From an uncultured Thiotrichaceae bacterium (lineage in GTDB: Bacteria; Pseudomonadota; Gammaproteobacteria; Thiotrichales; Thiotrichaceae), in assembly GCA_902727945.1 (NCBI GenBank), contig CACVAV010000112.1, positions 1-34,232 of the forward strand: a DNA stretch of 34,232 nucleotides. Reading direction: 5' to 3'. The position numbers and the translations under genes were made by a program. Below are positions 27,190 to 34,232 of the stretch, piece by piece. Below the pieces are notes generated by a model. That model was given only the letters and a program-made list of their open reading frames with translations, did not search any database and was not told the origin of the DNA. Every line of letters begins with the position of its first letter. The first letter of the stretch is position 1.

Positions 27190-28294
27190 GCGTCCGGTTC
27201 TTATTACAGCAGGCGGTACGGGTGGACATGTCTATCCTGGGCTGGCGGTGGCGCGTGCTTTGATGGCTCAGGATATTCCGGTTATCTGGATGGGTACGCA
27301 TGCTGGCCTGGAAGCTAAAGTGATTCCTGAAGCGGGTATTGAAATGGCTTGGCTAACCGTGACTGGTTTGCGTGGTAAGGGTTTGAAGACACTGGTACAA
27401 GCGCCGTTTAAGTTGACCATGGCTTTATTTCAGTCAATCCGGATTATGCTGAAACATAAGCCTGCCGCTGTATTAGGTATGGGAGGATTTGTTGCAGGCC
27501 CCGGTGGTCTGGTCGCAGCGCTAATGGGTAAGCCGGTTATTATCCATGAGCAGAATGCTGTGCCGGGTCTAACCAATAAGTTGCTGGCCAGATTCAGTCG
27601 TCGTGTGCTGGAAGGTTTTCCGGGTACGTTTGCCCCAAGTGACAAGGTGCAGGCTACCGGTAATCCGGTGCGCATGGATATTGCTGAATTACCAACGCCG
27701 GTTGAGCGGCTGGCGGATCGTGATGATGAGCCGGTTCACGTGCTGATCATTGGCGGTAGTTTGGGCGCGGCAGCATTGAATGAAATGGTGCCGAAAGCTT
27801 TAGCGATGTTGCCGGAAAATGAACGGCCAATGGTTCGCCATCAGGCGGGTGCCCGCAACATTGATGCGGCACAAACACAATATAGAGAGTCAGCTGTTGA
27901 CGCTGACGTGACCGCTTTTATAGTGGACATGGCTGAGGCCTATGGGTGGGCTGACTTAATTATATGCCGCGCCGGCGCATTAACCGTGGCGGAAGTCGCG
28001 GCTGCCGGTGTGGCTTCCATCCTGGTACCCTATCCATATGCGGTCGATGATCATCAGACCGCAAATGGCGCTTATCTCGCCGATCAAGGCGCAGCACAGC
28101 TGGTTCAGCAGCATGATCTGAGCCCGGAGAAACTGGCATCGATGCTTAAAGATTTATGTGCTGATCGTGGGCAGTTAATGAAAATGGGTATAACGGCCCG
28201 TAAGCTGGCTAAGCCTTATGCGACGATGCAGGTGGCTGCTATTTGTGCAGCTTATGCGGGTTATGATTTTAACGGAGAACAAAAACAACGATGA
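27179..28294 (+). CDS. murG: Lipid I GlcNAc transferase MurG
   Basis: [30 protein letters not shown]. Confidence 0.99.
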   Translation: MQARRPVLITAGGTGGHVYPGLAVARALMAQDIPVIWMGTHAGLEAKVIPEAGIEMAWLTVTGLRGKGLKTLVQAPFKLTMALFQSIRIMLKHKPAAVLGMGGFVAGPGGLVAALMGKPVIIHEQNAVPGLTNKLLARFSRRVLEGFPGTFAPSDKVQATGNPVRMDIAELPTPVERLADRDDEPVHVLIIGGSLGAAALNEMVPKALAMLPENERPMVRHQAGARNIDAAQTQYRESAVDADVTAFIVDMAEAYGWADLIICRAGALTVAEVAAAGVASILVPYPYAVDDHQTANGAYLADQGAAQLVQQHDLSPEKLASMLKDLCADRGQLMKMGITARKLAKPYATMQVAAICAAYAGYDFNGEQKQR

Positions 28295-29721
28295 AAGCAG
28301 GAAGCGATCTTTTAGCCCGCAAGCGCATTAAACAGCTGCACTTTATTGGTATTGGTGGTGCCGGTATGGGTGGTATTGCTGAAGTGGTGTCCAATTTAGG
28401 TTATACCGTGACGGGTTCTGACCTTACTGAAAGTGCCATGACCCGGCGGTTGCAGGAGCAGGGTGTAACTGTATTTAAAGGTCATACTGCAGAGCAGGTT
28501 GCCGGTGCGGATGTCATTGTAGTGTCTACAGCTATTGATGTAACCAACCCCGAAATTCAGGCGGCTCGCGAACAGCGTATTCCGATTATTAAACGTGCTG
28601 AAATGTTGGCTGAGCTGATGCGCTTCCGTCATGGTATTGCCGTGGCCGGAACACATGGCAAGACGACAACCACCAGTTTAACGACTAGTTTATTAGTTGA
28701 AGGTGGTTTAGATCCGACTTATGTGATTGGCGGCAAGCTGATTAGCTCTGCGCGTAACTCTAAATTGGGTGAAGGTGAGTATCTGGTCGCAGAGGCGGAT
28801 GAAAGTGATGCTTCCTTTTTGCATTTGCAGCCGATGCTGGCGGTGGTGACGAATATTGATGCAGATCATTTGTCGACGTATGACGGTGATTTTAACAAGT
28901 TGAAAGCGACCTTTATCGAGTTTCTGCATAACCTGCCGTTTTATGGCTTGGCGGTGTTGTGTGTGGATGATGAGCATATCCGTTCGATTCTGGAGGATGT
29001 GAATCGTCCGGTCATCACTTATGGTATTGAGCAGCCCGCCGATATTCGCGCGACTAATGTACGGTATGACGGTTCACAGAGTCACTTTCGTCTGGAATAT
29101 GCCAGCGATGGCCGGACGATGGATCTGACACTGAATTTGCCGGGCGAGCACAATGTGCTGAATGCGCTGGCGGCGATTGCTGTAGCATCTGAGCTGGATG
29201 TCAGTGATGAGGCAATTGCTAAAGCATTGCGCGAATTTGAGGGCATTGGCCGTCGTTTTCAGTTGTATGGTGAAGTCAATTTCGGACGAGGCAAAGCCTT
29301 ATTGGTCGATGATTACGGTCATCACCCGACTGAAATAGCTGCGACATTGCGAGCTGCGCGTAGTGCCTGGCCTGAGCGCCGTTTAGTACAGGTTTTCCAG
29401 CCACACCGTTATACCCGGACACGTGATTTATTTGAAGATTTTGCACAAGTATTGTCGGAAGTCGATGTGCTGGTGTTGCTGGATGTTTATGCGGCTAGTG
29501 AGCAGCCGATTGCCGGTGCTGACGGGCGTGCTTTAGCACGGGCCATTCGTGTGCGTGGCAAGGTAGATCCGATTTTTGTTTCTGAGGTCGAAGATGTGTC
29601 TGCTGTGCTACGTAATATTATGCAGGATGGTGATGTGGTACTGACTCAGGGTGCGGGTAGTGTGGGTGCTCTGGCTGCCAGTTTGCCAAAAGAACTGTCT
29701 GTCGACGGAGGTGAAGCGTGA
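28291..29721 (+). CDS. murC: UDP-MurNAc:L-Ala ligase
   Basis: [39 protein letters not shown]. Confidence 0.99.
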   Translation: MKAGSDLLARKRIKQLHFIGIGGAGMGGIAEVVSNLGYTVTGSDLTESAMTRRLQEQGVTVFKGHTAEQVAGADVIVVSTAIDVTNPEIQAAREQRIPIIKRAEMLAELMRFRHGIAVAGTHGKTTTTSLTTSLLVEGGLDPTYVIGGKLISSARNSKLGEGEYLVAEADESDASFLHLQPMLAVVTNIDADHLSTYDGDFNKLKATFIEFLHNLPFYGLAVLCVDDEHIRSILEDVNRPVITYGIEQPADIRATNVRYDGSQSHFRLEYASDGRTMDLTLNLPGEHNVLNALAAIAVASELDVSDEAIAKALREFEGIGRRFQLYGEVNFGRGKALLVDDYGHHPTEIAATLRAARSAWPERRLVQVFQPHRYTRTRDLFEDFAQVLSEVDVLVLLDVYAASEQPIAGADGRALARAIRVRGKVDPIFVSEVEDVSAVLRNIMQDGDVVLTQGAGSVGALAASLPKELSVDGGEA

Positions 29722-30632
29722 GTGATATGAGTCGCTTTGGCCGGGTGGCAGTATTGCTGGGTGGCTTGAATGCTGAGCGTGAGGTATCACTGAATAGTGG
29801 TGCGGCAGTGCTGCGGGGTTTGCAGGAAGCGGGTGTCGATGCGCATGGTATTGACGTCGGTGAGGATATTATCGCGGTTTTGCAGTCCGGGAATTATGAC
29901 CGGGTGTTCAATATTTTGCATGGCCGTGTCGGTGAGGATGGTGTAATTCAGGGTGCTTTGGAGTTGCTTGGCATCCCCTATACCGGTTGTGGTGTGATGG
30001 CATCTGCGCTGTGTATGGACAAGTTAATGACTAAGCGCGTCTGGCTGGGAGCAGGTTTACCTACACCTGAGCACCGGATTTTAACCGAAGAGACTGATTT
30101 TGATGCAATAGTTGCTGAACTGGGGTTACCGTTGGCAGTGAAGCCGGTACGTGAAGGCTCCAGTGTTGGTATTAGTAAAGTGACTCGGGCAGAGCAGTTA
30201 AAACCAGCATTTGAGTTAGCGGTAAAGTCTGATCCGGTGGTAATGGCCGAACAATGGATTGTGGGTGATGAATATACAGTCAGCATGTTGGATGGTGAGG
30301 CGTTACCTGTCATTCGTATTGAGCCGGAAGGCGATATTTATGACTATGAAGCGAAATACCTGTCGGATAACACGCAATACCATTGTCCCTGCGGCCTGAG
30401 TGCCGGTGATGAGTTGACCATGCAACAATTGGCGCAAAAGGCATTTGCGGCACTGGATGGTGAAAGCTGGGGGCGGGTTGATTTAATGCGTGGTGAAGAT
30501 GGTCGCAATTGGTTAATCGAAGTGAATACTAATCCCGGAATGACTGATCATAGTTTGGTGCCAAAAGCGGCTAAACAGGTGGGTTATAACTTTAGCCAAT
30601 TAGTGGTACGGATTCTGGAGACGACGTTGTAA
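29718..30632 (+). CDS. ddl: D-alanine--D-alanine ligase
   Basis: [37 protein letters not shown]. Confidence 0.98.
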   Translation: MSDMSRFGRVAVLLGGLNAEREVSLNSGAAVLRGLQEAGVDAHGIDVGEDIIAVLQSGNYDRVFNILHGRVGEDGVIQGALELLGIPYTGCGVMASALCMDKLMTKRVWLGAGLPTPEHRILTEETDFDAIVAELGLPLAVKPVREGSSVGISKVTRAEQLKPAFELAVKSDPVVMAEQWIVGDEYTVSMLDGEALPVIRIEPEGDIYDYEAKYLSDNTQYHCPCGLSAGDELTMQQLAQKAFAALDGESWGRVDLMRGEDGRNWLIEVNTNPGMTDHSLVPKAAKQVGYNFSQLVVRILETTL

Positions 30633-31570
30633 TGGTCACAAGGGCACGAGGCCAAAAGCAGGGTGTGAAGCCGAAGCCGGTGAAGCGACCCGCACCGAAA
30701 GCTGCTGTGCGGAAGAGAGCACCTGTTCGTAAGAAAGCGCCCGTTGCCCGGCGACAACAGAATGTTGCTACCCGGTCGCAGCAGAAAAAGCCCGCTTGGT
30801 CTGTCACGCTGACGCCACGGATTCTGAATGTTTTGTCAGTTGGAGCAGTATTCCTGGTTTTGTTGGGCGGTGGCATGTGGCTGAGTACCTGGTTGAATAA
30901 TCCGGAAAACCTGCTGATTGAGAAGGTTGAGTGGAAAGGGGATGTGAATCACCTGACGCAGACAGAGTTGGATACGTTAATTGAGCCTTACACTGCCACT
31001 AATTTGTATTTGTTGGATGCCAGTATGCTGGAACAAACGCTTGAAGCTCATCCTTGGGTGCGTTCAGTCAGCTTGCATAAGGTTTGGCCGGAGCAGCTGA
31101 TTATCAATCTGGAAGAACAATTTCCGGTGGCCTTCTGGGGGCAGAAACATTTGTTAAACCAGTTTGGTGAGGTTTTTGAAGGGGAGTTGCCCGCTAAGGC
31201 AGAGATTTTCCCGACCATTTTTAGCCCGATTGAGAAAGGGCGTGCAATGGCTGAGCGCTATGTGGAGCTGATGCAAATGCTTGATGGACTCGGTTTAGAA
31301 ATTGTTGAGCTGACTGAAGATGAAAGTGGTTCGTGGCGGATGAAATTTCGTCAGGGGCAGGAAATTATCTTGGGTCGTAAGGAGCAGAAGAAGCGTGTGA
31401 AGCGTTTCAGGGTGGGCTACATGCAGGAGTTAAGTGCGAAGTTTGAAGACATTCGCCGGGTTGATCTGCGGTATACCAATGGTTTTGCAGTTGAATGGAA
31501 GCAGGGTTCCGGTCATGCCGGAGCTGTAGGATCTCCGGGGATAATGATGCCGGAGCGGCTCGGGAGTTAA
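30632..31570 (+). CDS. ftsQ: Cell division protein FtsQ/DivIB
   Basis: TM plus POTRA domain (HPWVRSVSLHKVWP) and C-terminal DLRYTNGFAV; located between ddl and ftsA. Confidence 0.95.
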   Translation: MVTRARGQKQGVKPKPVKRPAPKAAVRKRAPVRKKAPVARRQQNVATRSQQKKPAWSVTLTPRILNVLSVGAVFLVLLGGGMWLSTWLNNPENLLIEKVEWKGDVNHLTQTELDTLIEPYTATNLYLLDASMLEQTLEAHPWVRSVSLHKVWPEQLIINLEEQFPVAFWGQKHLLNQFGEVFEGELPAKAEIFPTIFSPIEKGRAMAERYVELMQMLDGLGLEIVELTEDESGSWRMKFRQGQEIILGRKEQKKRVKRFRVGYMQELSAKFEDIRRVDLRYTNGFAVEWKQGSGHAGAVGSPGIMMPERLGS

Positions 31571-31573
31571 TTT

Positions 31574-32812
31574 ATGTCGAAAAAAGTTGAGCAGGACACG
31601 ATTGTTGCGCTGGATATAGGTACTTCAAAGGTGGTTGCCTTGGTGGGTAGTATTACCGACGAGGGCGGACTTGAAGTGATTGGTATTGGTGCTTACCCGT
31701 CCCGTGGTTTAAAAAAGGGTGTGGTAGTTAACATTGAATCGACTATTCAATCGATCCAGCGGGCTGTAGAAGAAGCTGAATTAATGTCCGGCATGCAGAT
31801 TGATTCTGTTTATGTCGGTATCGCCGGTAGCCACGTGCGCAGTTTAAATTCACATGGAATTGTGGCGATCAAAGACAAGGAAGTCACTTCTTTTGATGTT
31901 GACCGGGTAATGGATGCGGCGCGGGCAGTGGCCATCCCGGCAGATCAGCGGATTTTACATGTTCTGCCTCAGGAATATGTCATTGATCAGCAGGAAGGTA
32001 TCCGTGAACCGATCGGCATGTCCGGCGTGCGCCTGGAAGCACGGGTACATCTGGTCACTGCCGCACACAGTGCCGCACAGAATATCGTCAAGTGTGTTGA
32101 GCGTTGTGGTTTGCGGGTCGAGGATATTATTCTGGAGCAGGTAGCTTCCAGTTATGCGGTTTTGGAAGAAGATGAAAAAGAGCTGGGCGTTTGTCTCGTT
32201 GATATTGGTGGTGGTACCAGTGATATTGCGGTCTTTCTGAATGGCTCGATTCACCATACGGCCGTGATCCCGATTGCGGGTGATCAGGTAACAAATGATA
32301 TTGCTGTCGCAGTCAGGACACCCACCCCGCATGCTGAAAAAATCAAGGTGCGTTTCGGGTCGGCATTGCGACAACTGGTTGAAGAAGAAGAGTTTGTAGA
32401 AGTGCCTGGAGTAGGCGAGCGTGAAGCACGCAGTCTCTCTACCCAGACACTGGCATCAGTGATCGAACCTCGTTATGAGGAGTTGTTTTCACTGGTGCTA
32501 CAGGAATTACGCCGAAGTGGTTATGAGGAGCGTATCGGGGCAGGCATTGTGCTGACCGGCGGTACCTCCAAAATGCACGGCGTGGTCGATCTGGCAGAGG
32601 AGGTATTCCACATGCCGGTTCGGATTGGTATGCCGCGTGGCATTGGAGGGCTGCGTGGCGAAGTACAAGATCCTATCCACTCCACAGGGGTAGGTCTCTT
32701 GCTGTACGGATTAACGCAGCAGGCATACGGTGAAACCAGAACGTTTAGTACTCATGTTGAGTCGGAGAGTGTGTGGCAACGTTTGAAAAACTGGTTTAAC
32801 GGAAATTTTTAA
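31574..32812 (+). CDS. ftsA: Cell division protein FtsA
   Basis: LDIGTSK, DIGGGT, GIVLTGG, C-terminal amphipathic WQRLKNWF. Confidence 0.99.
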   Translation: MSKKVEQDTIVALDIGTSKVVALVGSITDEGGLEVIGIGAYPSRGLKKGVVVNIESTIQSIQRAVEEAELMSGMQIDSVYVGIAGSHVRSLNSHGIVAIKDKEVTSFDVDRVMDAARAVAIPADQRILHVLPQEYVIDQQEGIREPIGMSGVRLEARVHLVTAAHSAAQNIVKCVERCGLRVEDIILEQVASSYAVLEEDEKELGVCLVDIGGGTSDIAVFLNGSIHHTAVIPIAGDQVTNDIAVAVRTPTPHAEKIKVRFGSALRQLVEEEEFVEVPGVGEREARSLSTQTLASVIEPRYEELFSLVLQELRRSGYEERIGAGIVLTGGTSKMHGVVDLAEEVFHMPVRIGMPRGIGGLRGEVQDPIHSTGVGLLLYGLTQQAYGETRTFSTHVESESVWQRLKNWFNGNF

Positions 32813-32940
32813 TAGTACCGTAGTGTGGTAGATATTTTCAGTAAGCAAACCCCGCTGAATAGGGAATCTGGGTTTTAAGATTCTTAAAAATATTTACTGG
32901 TGTCTTTACATAGTTAGCAATTTTAAATTGGAGAACGGGC

Positions 32941-34104
32941 ATGTTTGAATTAATGGATAATGTAGATAGTACCGCCGTTATTAAAGTGGTTGGTGTTGGT
33001 GGTGGTGGCGGAAATGCGGTAAAAAATATGCTGGAGTCCGGCATTGAAGGTGTTGAGTACATTTGTGCTAATACGGATGCGCAGGCCTTGCAGGGCAGTG
33101 GTGTCCAGACAGTATTGCAGTTAGGCAATTCTTTGACTAAAGGATTAGGCGCGGGTGCCAATCCGGAAGTGGGTCGTGAAGCGGCTCTGGAAGATCGTGA
33201 GCGCATTAAAGAACTGATTGCCGGTTCTGATATGCTGTTTATCACAGCTGGCATGGGGGGTGGTACCGGAACGGGTGCTGCACCGGTGGTGGCTGAAATT
33301 GCTAAAGATTTAGGTATTCTGACCGTGGCTGTAGTGACTAAGCCATTCCCGTTTGAAGGCCCTAAGCGCATGCGCTCTGCTGATGCGGGTATTGCCGAAC
33401 TGGGTAAGCATGTTGACTCACTAATCACTATTCCTAATCAGAAGTTGCTGACTTCTTTGGGTAAGAATGTTTCTCTGCTGGATGCTTTTAAAGCAGCGAA
33501 CAATGTACTGCTGAATGCAGTTCAGGGTATTGCAGAATTGATTACCCGCCCTGGTTTGATCAATGTGGATTTCGCGGATGTGCGCACAACGATGTCCGGC
33601 ATGGGTGTTTCCATGATGGGTACGGGCCGTGCGCAGGGTGAAGAGCGTGCAGCTAAAGCAGCACAGGCCGCGATTTCAAGCCCGTTGTTGGAAGATGTGC
33701 GTCTGGACGGTGCACGTGGCATTCTGGTTAATATCACCGCTGGCCTCGACATGGGAATCCATGAGTTTGAGGAGGTGGGTGAAGTGATTCGTCAGTTTGC
33801 TTCTGATGATGCGACAGTCGTGGTTGGTACAGTTATCGATCCTGAGATGAGTGATGAAATTCGTGTCACGCTGGTTGCTACCGGTCTTGAAGATGATTCT
33901 GTCAGTGCTGCTGCCCCAGCGCCGAAAGCACAGGCTAAGCCACGCCCTGCTTTGCGTCCGGTTGAATTGGAAGAAGCTATCCCACAGAAAATTGCAGTGG
34001 GTGAAGGTCGTGCGACTTCAGGTCGTGGTGTGTATGAACAACGTGCCAGCTTTGAATCCGGTGTGTTGGATATTCCTGCGTTCCTGCGTAACCAGGCGGA
34101 CTAA
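32941..34104 (+). CDS. ftsZ: Cell division protein FtsZ
   Basis: GGGGGN, tubulin signature GGGTGTG, NVDFAD, C-terminal LDIPAFLR. Confidence 0.99.
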   Translation: MFELMDNVDSTAVIKVVGVGGGGGNAVKNMLESGIEGVEYICANTDAQALQGSGVQTVLQLGNSLTKGLGAGANPEVGREAALEDRERIKELIAGSDMLFITAGMGGGTGTGAAPVVAEIAKDLGILTVAVVTKPFPFEGPKRMRSADAGIAELGKHVDSLITIPNQKLLTSLGKNVSLLDAFKAANNVLLNAVQGIAELITRPGLINVDFADVRTTMSGMGVSMMGTGRAQGEERAAKAAQAAISSPLLEDVRLDGARGILVNITAGLDMGIHEFEEVGEVIRQFASDDATVVVGTVIDPEMSDEIRVTLVATGLEDDSVSAAAPAPKAQAKPRPALRPVELEEAIPQKIAVGEGRATSGRGVYEQRASFESGVLDIPAFLRNQAD

Positions 34105-34139
34105 ACTAAGCGTCTAAGCGTCAACTAATATGCCCGTAT

Positions 34140-34167
34140 AGAGGCCGGTCCCATTAAGCCGGTCTCT
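34140..34167 (+). terminator. Hairpin downstream of ftsZ
   Basis: AGAGGCCGG / CCGGTCTCT 9-bp stem with one G-U pair; no good U-tract. Confidence 0.35.
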
Positions 34168-34232
34168 GTCTAGATACGGTTAAGGTTTGTGATAGGTGGT
34201 TTGTGGGGTGTTGTGTCATTCAGCGTGAAGCT

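Noticed and set aside
28291-30632. No murB between murC and ddl
   Set aside because: Same as in E. coli; murB is often located elsewhere.
32838-33428. 196-aa antisense ORF over ftsZ and the many other short ORFs overlapping dcw, dnaB, eamA and dsrN
   Set aside because: They are antisense or off-frame shadows of conserved genes with no recognisable motifs.
34106-34121. CTAAGCGT tandem duplication after the ftsZ stop
   Set aside because: Only two 8-bp copies; not an array.
1-34232. CRISPR arrays, tRNA/rRNA genes, IS elements, prophage genes
   Set aside because: No spaced repeats, cloverleafs, transposase or integrase motifs were found by eye.

Overview
Chromosomal window from a sulfur-oxidising gammaproteobacterium; a Thiotrichaceae/Chromatiales-like affiliation is inferred from gene content and order and is not established. 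Left (1-5900, minus strand): a tightly coupled sulfur-related cluster of eamA-like exporter, dsrN, dsrR, NarX-like GAF histidine kinase, NarL/LuxR response regulator, rhodanese and a truncated secreted protein. Middle: pdxJ, the rpsF-rpsR-DUF2232-rplI-dnaB cluster with its promoter and S6:S18 leader, then an accessory stretch (10.9-16.4 kb) with an atypical Hanks-type kinase, exosortase H and its partner membrane protein, a DUF1853 protein coupled to an acidic unknown protein, and a degenerate M28-peptidase-like protein. Right: rnpB and a dcw cluster running from mraZ to ftsZ. The most unusual features are two different short palindromic repeat elements sitting in frame in the DsrN linker, a dsrNR pair fused to a regulatory module away from the other dsr genes, and several apparent pseudo-enzymes around the exosortase genes. 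No CRISPR array, tRNA, rRNA, transposase or integrase was seen. All calls rest on motif recognition by eye; no database searches were run.
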